Under the pieces are notes generated by a model that did no database searches, had not been told where the DNA came from, and was given only the letters and a program-made list of their open reading frames with translations. A DNA stretch of 64,000 bases from Batkoa obscura (Eukaryota), in assembly GCA_030770535.1 (NCBI GenBank), contig JASVEC010000002.1, positions 1,178,001 to 1,242,000 on the forward strand. The letters run 5' to 3'. Shown here in pieces: positions 27,303-40,946 of this stretch (positions are counted from its first letter, which is position 1; every line of letters starts with the position of its first letter). Position numbers and translations under genes: made by a program.

Positions 27303-27988
27303 AACTTTAAAGTTTTGATTTGGTCACTATTTCTTACGTTTTTTTGGTAGCCAATGGGATTAAAAATTGGTAAAGCAAATTAAGGTTCATTTTTTTCTGA
27401 CTTCTATTTCACGTAAATATAAAAGTATAAATAGTATGAAAGTGAATAAATAAATAAATTTTTTGATCAAGAAATTGACTAAAATACTCTTTTACATTTC
27501 AAGCGAGTTGGAGATAAAAAAGCAAATAAAAATATCGATGAGGTCCCCTTTCAGCATTAAGCTTAATTTATACGCTAAATTTTGCAATATGAATTAGAGG
27601 GATCAGTTTTAAAGGTTTAGGGTACCGAAAAAATATTTGAAAAATTTAAAACTTAAAACCATAGAATTGAACTTTAAGTATAAACTTGCCCATTTTCTAA
27701 AACTTAGGTCAAAATTTTACATTAAAAAATAATTATAATACAGCAATGTAATATTACAAACGTTTGAACTTCTAGCTTTAAAAATGACTATGATTTCATC
27801 AATCATGTTTTAAAAAAATAACTCAAATTTGTTAAAGCTAATAATTAATGCGAAACAAATAAAGGGAGAAAAAGGGGAGATAATTAAGGGAAAAGGAATA
27901 TCGAGAGGAATAAGAGGATTCATCCATTATAAAAACAGTGTATAAATATAAAAGTCTTTACATAAAAAGTTCATTAAAATTGTAAACA

Positions 27989-28231
27989 ATGAGATATACA
28001 TCAATAATAATAGCCTGTGTAACTAGTGTAAACAGCTTTATAATACTAACCAGTGGTTTACAATGTCCTAATAAAAATGACGAATGTCACTTTGGATACG
28101 AGGACTTTAGGTTTAGTGATTCCAACGCACCTGCATGCTGGAAATACGAAAACAATCAATGGAGCTGTCAACCTAAGTATGGAAATGGTTGTGATAGAAA
28201 TAATGGCTGGATTGATATCTCTTACTGTTGA
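27989..28231 (+). CDS. Small secreted cysteine-rich protein, 80 aa
   Basis: Signal-like N-terminus MRYTSIIIACVTSVNS; 6 Cys in the mature part; TATAAATA at 27941; ACA-ATG start context. Confidence 0.75.
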   Translation: MRYTSIIIACVTSVNSFIILTSGLQCPNKNDECHFGYEDFRFSDSNAPACWKYENNQWSCQPKYGNGCDRNNGWIDISYC

Positions 28232-28405
28232 ATAATTTTAATAATATTAAGAACACTTTTATAATTATATAGCCTTATCTAGTCATGAAATATCATTTAC
28301 ACAATAATACACTATTAGTTCAAATTAAATAAAATTTACAAGCATAAAAAGCAATTTTTTAAAAGTGTTTATACTTTTCTTTTTTATATATTTAAAGGTT
28401 GAAGA

Positions 28406-29771
28406 ATGGATGTTGAAAATAAAATAAATATAATAAGAAAAAAATTCAATCAAGATAACTTTATTACTTACTATTACTTAACGGAGGAGGATAAATATGT
28501 GTGGAAAGTTGATTCCGACAGTGAAGTAAACGATAATAAAATAAACGAAAATGAAGATAAAGCGATAAAAAGGTATATAAATAAACAAAGTTAATTTATT
28601 ATTATTAAATAAATGAAGCTATGAATTAACTGGGCATGATTGGCGGCTAATAGAAACTAGGGATGGATACCGATTCTTTTACAATCCATATACCGGAGTT
28701 TCAAGCTGGGAAGTACCAAAGGAATTAAAAGAATATGAATCAGAGTTTAACAATGTCAATAATGAAACAACAGAGTAACTTAATTACTTGAAAAAGCTAG
28801 TAAGTGTTAATCTATTTAGAATGGATGAAGATGATGTTGCCTACCAGTTACAAATGATGGGAATGGGTGATTTATCGGACTATAATAATCATAATAATGA
28901 TTATGACTTGCCACCAGAGGTATTGTTACATCAAAACGTATTGCAGTTTCAGGTATGTCGAATAATATATATATAATAATGATCAATTAACCATACGTAA
29001 AAAGGATTTACTTAAAGATCTACAAGTTACTGAAATGGACACATGGGATTTACTATTACCTAAATTAAAAGAGGAAGAAGCTTTTAAAAGTATTTTATTA
29101 TTTAGATATTAAAACACAATAATTGAATTTTAGTTATTGATAATGAAAGGTTATGTCAAAGTATATTTGAAAACTATTGTAAAAAAATAAGTGAACTTCC
29201 AGAGCTTAAATCGGATAAAAAAATAGAAGATAAAAAAGTAAGCTATATTTTATATTTAACTAATAATGATAATAGATAAATAATAAATAGATGAACATGG
29301 AAAATTATAGGCAATTGGTTAAAGAAAATACTACTTATAAAAGTGATTGGAATGTGTTTAATAAGAAATATTTTAATGATCCAATAAGTAAAAAATTAAA
29401 TTACAAAGAGAGAGAAGCTATATTTTCAGAACATGTTCAAGGTCTTATTAATATTAGAAAAAAAGAAAAAGAAGGTAATAAGATAGTATATATATTTAAT
29501 TGATAGCAGTTATAATGTTTAAATAGAAAAGAGAAAGGAAAAAGAAAAATACAGACAAGAGTTTATAACCATGTTAAAAGAAATGAAAGATTTAAGATAT
29601 AACTCAAGCTGGAAAAAAGTAATAGTCTTTGTTTATTTATTTCAATATATTCACTTGTTTTTTTAGACAAAATTATTGATTGAAAATGATACACGATATA
29701 AAAATATTAAAAGTGCAAATGATTGTGAGTATTATTTTAGAGAGTATGCTGCAAAATTAAAAAAAGAATAA
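28406..29771 (+). CDS. WW + FF domain protein (TCERG1/Urn1/Dre4-like), multi-exon
   Basis: WW domain DWRLIETRDGYRFFYNPYTGVSSWEVP; FF-like repeats FQDLLKDL..TWD, EREAIFSEHV, FITMLKE..SSWKK..DTRY. Confidence 0.8.
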
Positions 29772-29865
29772 GTAAATTTGAAAGTTTCTTATTGGTTTAT
29801 CTTTTTTATAAATTTGATATTTTTATTTTTTATACTTTTGATTTCAAGTGGTTGTATTATAAATT

Positions 29866-30753
29866 ATGGATAAAATTGAAGAAGATAAAGCTGAAAATAA
29901 GAAAGATGAAAAAGCAAGTTTAATTCTTTATTATGAAATGGATGAAGATGATAGCGATAACGAAAGTGAAAACAAGAAACGAAGAAATGAGGAGCTAGGG
30001 ATAGTATGCAGTATATGTTTACAAAGTTATGAAAATAAAGTTTATTTAACGCCTTGTTACCATCAATATTGTTTTAAGTGTATAATCGAATGGATAAATT
30101 ATAAAGTAGAATGCGGAATATGTAAAAGGGCAACCCATAAAGTGATATATAACATCAATGCCAAAAAAGAAACAGTATATTTTATAACAATAGATATACT
30201 AAAGTTATTCTCAAGCGGTAATATAGTAATATTTAGTGATGCTTTAATGGCATTAAGTTATTTTAATGATTTGAAAAGTAAAACTTATTTAGATAGAACA
30301 TTAATTTATATTTTAAATTTAAACTTTCCAAGTAGTAATAACGTATTAGATAAAGTTGATAATATAATAAATAGTAATAGTGGTATTAATTTGACTGTTT
30401 ACTATAATAATAGTAAGGCCAATGACAAGCATAATATAAATAAATATCTCTACAAGTTCATTAAGAGGGAAATAAAAAGTATTTATTTAATTAATAATCA
30501 AATATTAAACAAAGAAATGAAATTGATAATCATAGGCACTATTAATTTAATATTTAATAACAAGCACAAAAATAAAGAACATTTGATTGATAAGATAGCT
30601 CCTTATCTATTTAATAATCGAACTATTTCACTCCTATTTTTAAAACAAATCTTGTATTTTTTATTTAATCCTTTCTTTATTTTCAATAATTATACGATTA
30701 ATTCGCTAGCTTCCTTTGATTCCTGGGTTAAATATACATTAAATAAAGAATAA
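29866..30753 (+). CDS. C3HC4 RING E3 ligase, Topors-like
   Basis: CSIC..PCYHQYCFKC..W..CGICK; C-terminal FIKREI..IAPYL..FLKQILYF..ASFDSWVKY resembles the conserved Topors helical region. Confidence 0.75.
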   Translation: MDKIEEDKAENKKDEKASLILYYEMDEDDSDNESENKKRRNEELGIVCSICLQSYENKVYLTPCYHQYCFKCIIEWINYKVECGICKRATHKVIYNINAKKETVYFITIDILKLFSSGNIVIFSDALMALSYFNDLKSKTYLDRTLIYILNLNFPSSNNVLDKVDNIINSNSGINLTVYYNNSKANDKHNINKYLYKFIKREIKSIYLINNQILNKEMKLIIIGTINLIFNNKHKNKEHLIDKIAPYLFNNRTISLLFLKQILYFLFNPFFIFNNYTINSLASFDSWVKYTLNKE

Positions 30754-30935
30754 ACGAACTCTGTATAATATATATTATTGATTTTTATTTTGATTCATAT
30801 CTTGTATCAATTTTTATTACCATATTAACTATTTAAATTTAGCAAGTTTAGCTTTGACACTATAAAATTAGATTATAAAACAATTATTTTGTATTGTTAT
30901 AAAATAACTTTTCTTTTACTTTTAAAGCTGCAAAA

Positions 30936-31871
30936 ATGGTTTATTATTTTACAAGTGATGGTAAAAATAGAGAGTAATTTATGATACTTTATTAATAGTT
31001 TTAGTGACTACACCTAATGGAAATATATTCATGGGCAAAGATAAACATGAAAGTAATGTACAATTCAATTTGAACCTAACATATAATAACAAAAAACAGA
31101 TGAAGACTTAATAAAACACGGGATAGAAGAAGACGTATGGTAAATAAATATACAATTGTTATTATTGTTATGACTTATAATTTCAAGGTTTCATGTAGAT
31201 AAATTATCTAGTGCACACATTTATTTAAGGTTAGATGGTTCCTATAACTGGGAAAACATACCTGAAAGCTTGTTAGAAGATTTAGGACAGTTAACAAAAG
31301 CTAATTCTATTGAAGGTATATTATAATTTTATCAAGTTTATTATTAGCTATTTACTATATTTCAATATATTGCCAGGTAATAAAAAGGATAATATTACAA
31401 TCATTTATACACCATGGAGCAATTTGAAAAAGAGTGGGGATATGGCAGTGGGCCAAGTTTCATTTCATAACCCCAAAATAGTAATAATAAATGTACATTG
31501 TATTGTATTCCTATAGTAATAATAATTTAAGGTGAAAAGAGTATATGTTGAAAAAAGAAAGAATCATATAATCAATCGACTAAATAAAACAAAGAGAGAA
31601 GAATATCCAGATTTATATCAGGAAAAGATGAATTATATAAATAAAAAGAATAAAAAGGATAAAATTAATTTTGAAAGGATGGTAAGTTTGTTAATTATAA
31701 TACACTCATTTTCAAACTAATGGTTTCTAGGAACAAGTTAAAATAAAAAGAGAAGAGTATGCTAAAAATCAAAAAGAATTAAAGAGTTATAAAAGTATAT
31801 TTGAAGACGATACTACTGAATATAGAACTAACGAAGATTCTAATCAAGATATTGATGACGATTTTATGTAA
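30936..31871 (+). CDS. CCDC25: CCDC25/Jlp2 (NFACT-R, DUF814) protein, multi-exon
   Basis: [76 protein letters not shown]. Confidence 0.93.
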
Positions 31872-32147
31872 TACAAAATAAAAATTAAAAGCATATTTTT
31901 ATCTTATTTTATCAATGATTAGCAGTGGTGCCTTAGGTTTCCTTTTGTATTTTATTATAATTTCATATATTGAACCTGCTTTAGAAATTACATTTAGTTT
32001 AAATGCCTAGTAGACTAAATGGGCAAAAAAGCATAAAAAAATAAATGCCCAATAAATTTCAAGTAATAATAAAATTTCATCAATAATGAAAAAAATACTT
32101 TTTATAAAAAATAGGCTTAAAGATTGAAATAAAAGAAAAGTCCTAAA

Positions 32148-35100
32148 ATGTTTCAAGTCACCAAAGATTTCATGGGAAAACCAGCACCGCCAAATTATGT
32201 GGCTGGTCTTGGAAGAGGGTAAATAAATACTATTTATTAAAAATAGGAAAATATTTAGTTAATCTATTAGTGCCACCGGGTTTACAACACGATCCGATAT
32301 TGGTCCTGCAAGAGAAGCCGTACCAGTAGATATATCAAAGTAAATAATGTGCAAAATAAAGAAAAAAAATTGAAAGTTTTTTAGTCAGGATGAAGGAGAA
32401 GGAGAAGATTCTGAGAAATATCAAGATCCAGATAACGAAACAGGCTTATTTTCAGGGATACCTTACGAGCAAGATGATGAAGAAGCGGATAGGATTTATG
32501 AGTTAATAGATAAAAAAATGGATGAAAGAAGAAAAGTTAGGAGGTAAGTAATAATAATATTAATAGTAATAACAAATGTTAATATTAAAACAAAATAGAG
32601 AAGAAAGAGAAAAAGAAGAGTTATTAAAATATCGCAAAGAAAGGCCAAAGATACAACAACAGTTTGCAGATTTAAAAAGAGGATTAGCAGAAGTATCGGC
32701 TGAAGAATGGGCTAGTTTACCAGACGTTGCTAATATTTCTGGTAAAAATCGTAAAAAGATTAATGCCAAAGAACGGTAATTTTTTTGGTTTTGTGTTTAT
32801 TTTTGTTTATTTCTATTAGTTTTGCTCCAGTACCAGATTCCATTCTTGAAAAAGCAAGGGAAAATGCTAGTTTTAATACAGTTTTGGATCCTATTGAACA
32901 GGTAAACATTTATCTAGATTAAAATTTTTAACAAAGTAACAATAATATAGAAATATGGTGGATTTGAGACACCAAATAACCCCGACAATAGCAATGGGGC
33001 ACTAACTAATTTTGTTGAAATTGGGCAAGCAAGGGATAAAGTATTAGGATTAAAATTGGATCAAATGTCATTTGATTCAGCTAGTGGAAAGAGTACTATT
33101 GACCCACGCGGTTATTTAACTGATTTAAATAGCTTAAATATAAAAAGTGATGCTGAAATTGGGTATTTGATTTTCACTTATTATAAATATATATATTGAC
33201 TATTTACTTTAGTGACATCAAAAAGGCACGTTTATTGTTAAAATCTGTAACTGGAACAAATCCAAAGCATGCCCCAGGATGGATTGCAGCAGCAAGATTA
33301 GAAGAAGTAGCTAACAAATTCCTTCAAGCTAGAATCACCATTGCTAAAGGTATTGAGCAATGCCCAGAATCAGAAGATATTTGGTTAGAAGCAGCAAGAT
33401 TAAATGTAAACTAAATTCCTATTTACGCTTTTTTCAGTTCTAACTTTTATAGACCTCAGAAGCTGCAAAAAGCATTTTAGCAGATGCAGTCCGTCATCTC
33501 CCGAATTCAGTTAAAATATGGGTATTAGCAGCTAAATTAGAAGAAGACAGATTAGCTAAAAAAAGGGTATATCAAAGAGGTAATGTTAAATAATTTTTAG
33601 TCTTATTTTGTTTATTAAAAACCAATTAGCTTTAGAACATAATCCAACTTCGTTAACTTTATGGCAATCTGCCATTCGATTAGAAGAAAATCCAGAAGAT
33701 GCTAAAATGCTATTAGCTGAAGCTGTAAAATTAATCCCAACTTCTATAGAATTATGGCTAGCATTAGCTAAATTAGAGACATATAAAAAAGCACAAGCTG
33801 TTTTACAATCCGCACGTAAAGCTATACCAACCAGTCATGAAATTTGGATTGCAGCCGCTCAGTTAATGGAACAAAATGGGGAGCTTGAGAAAGTTGAAAA
33901 AGTTATCAAACTTGGTCTTAGAACATTGCCAAAATACGGAGCTATTTTGAGCAGAGAAGAATGGATCAGTGAAGCTGAAAAATGTGAATTACAGCTCAAA
34001 GCTACTCCTACAGCTCAAGCTATCATCCGAGCCACTATTGATATTGACCTTGACCAAGAAGATCAAGAAGAAACCTGGCTCAAGGATGCAGAAGCTATTA
34101 CTGAGCGTGGGGCCATTGAAACTGCAAGAGCGGTTTATGCCTATGCACTTCAAGAATACCCTGGATCAGATAATATTTGGATACAAGCAGCTTATTTTGA
34201 AAAAGAGCATGGTACAAAGTAAGTTTTAATTTAATTTGATTTAATTTAATTTGAATAAAAACTAAACTTCGATATAGGGAATCATTAGATGAGACATTAG
34301 CTGCTGGAACTAAGAGTTGTCCACACTCAGAGATTTTATGGCTCATGCACGCCAAAGAAAAATGGTTAGATGTAAGTTCAATTAAATAAGTAATCAATTA
34401 AATACTAAATTTTAACCTATTATAGGGAGATCTCAGTGGTGCCCAAAGTATCTTGAATAAAGCATATGATGTCAATCCTAAAAGTGAACAGATTTATCTG
34501 GCTGCAGCTAAATTAGAAATTGAAAATCATGAGTTTAAACGCGCTAGAACTTTCTTTACTAAAGCAAGAGAGAATGCAGATACTGAAAAGGTAAGCTAAT
34601 CGTTTATACAATTTCTAATAAAAGCTTATGATTGTCTTTAGGTTTGGATGAAGTCTATTGCTTTGGAAAGACAATGTGGTAATATCGAAGAAGCGATTAA
34701 CCAGCTCGAAGAAGCAAATAAAAAATTCCCAGACTTTGATAAATTATGGATGATTCGAGGACAAATTGAAGAAGACAATGGAAATATTTCAAAAGCTAGA
34801 GAAATTTATGCTCAAGGTTTAAAACATTGTGTTAATTCAATCACTCTCTGGATTTTAGCCGGTAGATTAGAAGAAAAGGCACAGTTGTTAATTAAAGCAC
34901 GTTCAATTTTGGAAAGAGGGCGTAAGCTTAACCCAAAAGAACCTTTATTATGGTTAGAGGCAATAAGGGTTGAAATAAGAGCCAATAATGCTTCAATGGC
35001 AAAAGTACTTATATCTAAAGGTATTTATATTTATTGATTTATATAAATTGTTAACTTTATTGAAAATTATAGCATTACAGGAATGTCCATCCTCAGGATT

Positions 35101-35537
35101 ATTATGGAGTGAAGCTATCATGATGGAGCCACGCCCACAACGTAAATCTAGAGTATCCGATGCTATTAAAGCTTGCGATAATGATCCAATTATATTTACG
35201 ACAATGGCCAAATTATTTCAAACAGATCGTAAAATTGATAAAGCAAGAACCTGGTTTCAAAGAGCAGTCAAATTAAATCCAGATTATGGTGATGCCTGGG
35301 CTTGGTTTTATTTATTTGAAACCAAGTTTGGTACCAAGGTAAATACAAGTACTATGAATCAAAAAAATCACTAATGTTTTATTTTAGGAGCACCTTGAGC
35401 AACTAGAAACTAAATATTTACAAGCAGATCCTAAACATGGGGAAATTTGGCAATCTATTTCGAAGAAACCAAGTAATTATTATGTAAGAGGAATGGATCT
35501 CTTAAAGTTAGTTGCTAGTACTTTGGAATCCCAATAG
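32148..35537 (+). CDS. PRP6: Pre-mRNA splicing factor Prp6 (HAT/TPR repeats), ~13 introns
   Basis: [77 protein letters not shown]. Confidence 0.97.
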
Positions 35538-36161
35538 GTTATTATTAAATATCTATAGATAATAAGATTATTTCTATATAGTTAAAATTTGAGATCTTCA
35601 ATTCATTTGATCTTTTTTGGATTTTTATTGGCTGGAAAATTAATAAACTAGTTTCAAAAAAAGAATGCTGATTTTTTCGATTTAAATACTTGATCTAACC
35701 AAGATAGAACGATTTATCACCAGTGATGGCTATTGATTTAACTATTGAATGGTGAGTCCACTTAAGAATTTTCTTAAATTGTTTGAAGTATGCATTATAA
35801 GGTGCTATTTTTTCAATAATACAACGGTACTAATGTTCTTTATTTGAAATGGAGTTGTTTATTAAAATAAAACATTTTTAACTAAAGTACGATTTAGCTT
35901 TTAAAGGAACTTGAGTCTTTAATTTTTCTTTTTTACAAAGGAATTTTTCTGCTAAAAATTATAACTTTTATAAAAAGATGATTCAAAATTAAATAAAAAT
36001 ACCCTTAGCAAATATAAACATTTTAATATTTAAATAAAACAAACTATAATAGAAACCTATATTATTTCTGAAGATATATTTGACGAATAGTAAAAAGAAA
36101 GACTAGATAAGATAGAAAAATAAATTGTTGATAGAGCTAAAAAAAAGCAGGTAAAAAGCAA

Positions 36162-37133
36162 CTAGCTTTGGCGCTGCTTCTTACTTTCCTTTGGAAAAAG
36201 CTCTTGGATCAAAAAATAGGCTGAAGAAGATACTGGACTATTCAATGAGGCATGATCAAGGATACATTTGGCATATGGATAAAACTCTACTTCTTTAACA
36301 TAGAGTTTATAGTCCATTAGACGAAGAAATGATGCCTCTGTAAGGGATGTCTCAATGGGGGTAAGCCCAACAATCTTTGCCCATGTTTTGTTTGAAAAAT
36401 TGGCGTCTTGGAGATACTTTGATGCGCAAATTAAGGAAGCTAAGAACATTCTACGACCACAAAAGGCCGCGTTCTGGGTAGCATTTTCACCAACTCTAGT
36501 AATTAGAACCTGGCGAGTAAGAGCTACGGTTTCCTTAACTTTAAGACAATACATTAAAGCTACTTGGACGACAGTCTTAGTAACACGAGAACGTTTAAAG
36601 ATTTCAGTTACATAATGATGGAGTGACTTACGATCATCTTTGGAGGAGCCTTTTGAAGTTAGGCCCCAGACCTGTTCGATGGTCATCACTGCAAGATCTA
36701 TAAGACAACTAACCATTTGGTTAGAGTTGGAGCCGGAAGTTGGTGCGCGGCAATATTTTTGCTGTTGAGCAATTTGAAGACCTTTCCTAATAGATCGCTC
36801 TAAAGTTGAAGCTCCAGCTTGACGTTTTTTATCTCTGTTCTGAGCTGCGACAGAAGTTGTATGAGCAGGATTAATAAGATCCTTGATAGCAATACGAGAA
36901 TAAGGGTGAGTCTTATCATTCTTAAGCTGTTGAGGATATGATGGGGTGGGTAATCCATGAGTATTAGATTCTGCTCCATTGTAGTTTTGTTTATCATGTG
37001 AGATATAATTATCTGGTGAAGGCAGGTGTGAGTTTGAACTAGAAGAATAAGCATCTGAAGCATGGAGCTCAGGAACCTCAAAAGAGGCTTCTGAGCTAGC
37101 TATTGTTTTTAATGAAAAATCTATGGCTGACAT
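36162..37133 (-). CDS. Pcl5/Clg1-like Pho85 cyclin, intronless CDS
   Basis: EIFKRSRVT, CGRRMFLASLICASKYLQDANFSNKTWAKIVGL; LPSP and LPTP phosphosite-like motifs. Confidence 0.88.
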   Translation of the reverse strand: MSAIDFSLKTIASSEASFEVPELHASDAYSSSSNSHLPSPDNYISHDKQNYNGAESNTHGLPTPSYPQQLKNDKTHPYSRIAIKDLINPAHTTSVAAQNRDKKRQAGASTLERSIRKGLQIAQQQKYCRAPTSGSNSNQMVSCLIDLAVMTIEQVWGLTSKGSSKDDRKSLHHYVTEIFKRSRVTKTVVQVALMYCLKVKETVALTRQVLITRVGENATQNAAFCGRRMFLASLICASKYLQDANFSNKTWAKIVGLTPIETSLTEASFLRLMDYKLYVKEVEFYPYAKCILDHASLNSPVSSSAYFLIQELFPKESKKQRQS

Positions 37134-39555
37134 ATTATTAATTTGTTGTTGTTGTTGTTATAAAAGAAGAGTTATAAGATGTTGTTAAAGTTGAACCAGA
37201 TAAATCTTTGGAAACTCTTCAATCAATTAGAGGTATTAACACTGGGTTACTTACGGACAAAAAATACCAGCCAAAAAAGTTGTTGTTTGCAGCTAATAGA
37301 TGCAATAAAAAGATAAATGAATGAAAACGGATACCACCTGTGAAAAATTAGGGCCTAGATTAATATAATATAAAACTAAAATTGGCCTTGCGTCTCTTAC
37401 GAGTAGGAGGGGTGTGTATGTAGATAGGCTTAAGTAAGGGTACGGGGGTTACTGAAGTCTCAGATGAATAGAGTTGAAAATAGAAAAAGTCTAACCAGTC
37501 AGGGAAAGAATGAAAGTGTTGTTTTTGTTTAGTTGGCTTAAAGTAAAGTGTTTGTAAATGTGTAGTGCTTTTTGTATCTAATAAATCGAAAAGAAAATCC
37601 TCAAGATAAACCTGGTTCTTTGATAGGTTCTGATTCTTAAAAATTATACTGGAAAAACTGAAAAAATTTAGCAAAGGAGAAAAGCCATGGTGGCTCTTAT
37701 AAAAAATACAGTCGCTTGGTTTGGGGCCGCAGGGGGCAGTTGATACTAAAAATAAAATTAAAGTGAAAAAATTAAAAGCTTGCTTTGTTGAAAGTTGCTT
37801 GTATTAGGCTCTATGCAAAATATGCTGCGAGAACCTAGGAGAAGATATTTTATTTGAGAAGGTTAATTTTCTTTTTAAATCCTAGTAGTTAACTGCGGTT
37901 TACTAGCTAAGTACTTATTGTAATAAACTTAAAGTGGTAAGTTCTTGAAAATTGGTGATTGACTTAAAAGAGGAGGAGGAATTTCAATTGTTAATATCGC
38001 ACTTTATCTTCCTAATGACTGGTATTAAATAGTTTAATCTCTTTCCATAGGATCCTCAACTGATTGGCTATGGTATCTTGATTAATAAATAATTTGGTTC
38101 AATATGTATTAAGTGATTCTGATTGGTGGTATGGGCTTACTGATTGGATTTTATTATTAATGATGTCTCATTTCATTAGCAATGCTTAGCCAATGGCTTA
38201 TATTTATTTATTAATAATGAACAAACTAAGTGGTTAATCTCTTGAATGGTAGGTTGGTTAAGAACAACTGATATTTCAAACTTCAAGTTAAGCAACTGCG
38301 GAATTTTATAGTGACATAATTTTTGACTTAATTTACTAAAATAGGTATAATAAGTATGGTGCTAAATGATTCCTATCTATTTTTATCTAATCACTACAAG
38401 CATTAGCAGGTGCTCAGCGTCAAAAAAACCACTAAGAAAAATCAATCGATTTAATAAAATTAAATTCAAGCAAAATCTGAGTTGCAAGGTGGGAAATGGA
38501 TAAGGTAAAACAGTAGCCAAACAAATACGTCATAATCTATGAAACTATGAATCTTTATGATTAATAAGTCAAGACAAGCAAAAGCGGACATATTATGACG
38601 CATACTGAGCTTAGTCAATCTTAGAGTTTAAATTACTAAACACTTTTAAATAACTAAAATAAAACATTTCTATCATTGATAATTATACTGTTATCAATAT
38701 AAAAGTGTTTATTACTTTAATATACAATATGAAATTAATATACGTTAATGTTATTTTAACTTCCATTTAGTAAGTGCTCAAATAAAAACTATAAATAAGA
38801 TAGTATTTACTTTTAGCAATTAATCAAACTAAAGTATTGTTTAAGATGAGCTATGATTACATTTATAATATACATTGATATGTGTATACTAATACTATAT
38901 TAAAATAATACATCAAAGTTTTATATTATTGTTTAATAATTATAAATTATTTAACAATCAAATGTATATCTAATTAATAGTGAGAATAACTTAACCTTTA
39001 TTTTTACGCTTTACATTCAACCTTAGTCATTCTAGATAAAATGACTAATCAAAATTTAAATCTTCTAAAATTATAGTTGTTACATCTCTTTTGAGATCGA
39101 ACTAACTGCTCATTTAAGAGAAATATTTGTGTTAAAATTAGATCAAAATATAAAAATTAGTCAAAAAGTTAATCATACAAACAATTTAACTATAAAAATT
39201 AACATTAAAAACTGTAAAAGAGTTGTAATAGCTCTGCTAAGCTTATAAATTTTGCAAAAAGTTTGATATTAAATCTTAATAGTTTTTTTTAATTTACATT
39301 ATTTTTGATATATTTACCAAAATGATATGAATTCTTTATAAATGCTAATAATTATATCAAAAATAAAAAGTAATGCAAGTCACTATTTAAGATTTATTAT
39401 TATTAAATGTCTTAGTAATTTTAATTTATTTTTATTTTTATTTTTAACATGTTTAATAAACTTACAACTTAAATAAAAAATTGATTTAATAGCGCATTAT
39501 TTTTTTTAAAATAAAAGAAAGCTGAATATATATAACATTTAAAACTTAATTATAT

Positions 39556-39651
39556 GGAAAATGTATTTTTGCGTTTAAGAATTTTACTAACAATTCTTCC
39601 GTTCAAATAGTGCTTAAAAGATAGAAAAAGTGAAGCCAAAAAAAGTACCCC
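39556..39651 (+). mobile_element. MITE family A copy
   Basis: Shared core, flanks ATAT/ATAT. Confidence 0.8.
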
Positions 39652-40213
39652 ATATTATTAAATTATTGTGCTTTTGAAAATAATTATTATAACATTATAA
39701 TTTTAAATTGAATTAAAATTTCTGTTATATTTATTATTATTTTATACAATTTGTCAACAAATGTTTTGTTTTTGTGATGTTTTATATAACTTACTTTTTA
39801 TTATACTTTATGCTTATAAGTTAAAATTAGTTTTAATTATATAACTTAAAGTTTATTAATTATATCAGCTTTGTGTTTTTTATTTAGATCTTATTGTTAT
39901 AATTTTATATTTTATATACTTTTTTAAATTTAGCTTTTTATAACTAATACAAACATTTTAAATTAAAGAATATTAATATTTTATCATAAACTATTCAAAC
40001 AAGTATAAAAGTTCAAATAAATTTATAGTCTTTAAACCAAATTAAATTAATAATATGTATGATTTTAACTTTGTAAAAATTATTTCAAAAATTATTTATA
40101 AATATCAAAACTAAGATCAATTTTATCTAAGTATATTAAAATCAGACATTAAACTTCATGATAGCTATCACTTAAAAAACCACGTTAAATATTAATACTT
40201 TTGATTATAATAT

Positions 40214-40421
40214 AAAGTTATTTTGGTTTCATCATTATTTCCGCTTTTTGTGCAATTTGGAAGAAAAATTAGTAAAATCATTAAACAAAATACATCCCCG
40301 TATATTGAATTTTTATTAAAATTATTAAGAGTGTTTTTTAGCTTTGTCATTTTTTTTCATTTTTTAAGCACTATTGAGTGGAAAATGTGTTAGCGGATCT
40401 TGAAGAAAAAGAGACATCCTG
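40214..40421 (-). mobile_element. Two adjacent degenerate MITE family A copies (~40214-40299 and ~40327-40421)
   Basis: Each ends in an ACATCC motif and keeps part of the core. Confidence 0.65.
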
Positions 40422-40847
40422 ATTATTTATATTCTTATTTGCTTTGATTTAAACTTTAAACTTTAAACTTTAAACTTAAATAATAATACGCAGAATAATA
40501 GTGAAATTAAAAATAATTATTTAGTTTTGTGTAAATGTTTATAATGTTTTCAAAATGACACTTTAATTCATAGTTTACAGAAAATAAAGTCCCAAAAAGT
40601 AATAGCTAAATACATAGAAGTCAGGTTAAATATACTTGTAATTAAAAGAGCTTTACTTAAAAGGAAGATTTCGCTTTATATAATGGATATTTATAATGCT
40701 TGTAAAATAGACAATTTAATGATTGTAGAAGTTATGATAAATTTTAAGTAATGAGATAAAAATCAATATATCCTTTGTTCTAAAAATAGGTTTCTTGTTT
40801 TTATACCTCATTTACATTTAAAGATATTTTATCCTTAAAGAATAGAT

Positions 40848-40946
40848 GGGGATGGATTTTTTTATTTAAGAATTTTAGTGATAGCTTTTCCACTCAAATA
40901 GTGCTTAAATGATGGAAAAAGTGATGAAACCATAAAAAGCACCCCC
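40848..40946 (+). mobile_element. MITE family A copy
   Basis: GGGGATG..CACCCCC, flanks AGAT/ATAT. Confidence 0.85.

Noticed and set aside
28406..35537. U12-type (minor) introns in the RNA-processing genes
   Set aside because: The donors I inspected are ordinary GT-type, with no GTATCCTT or ATATCCTT signature
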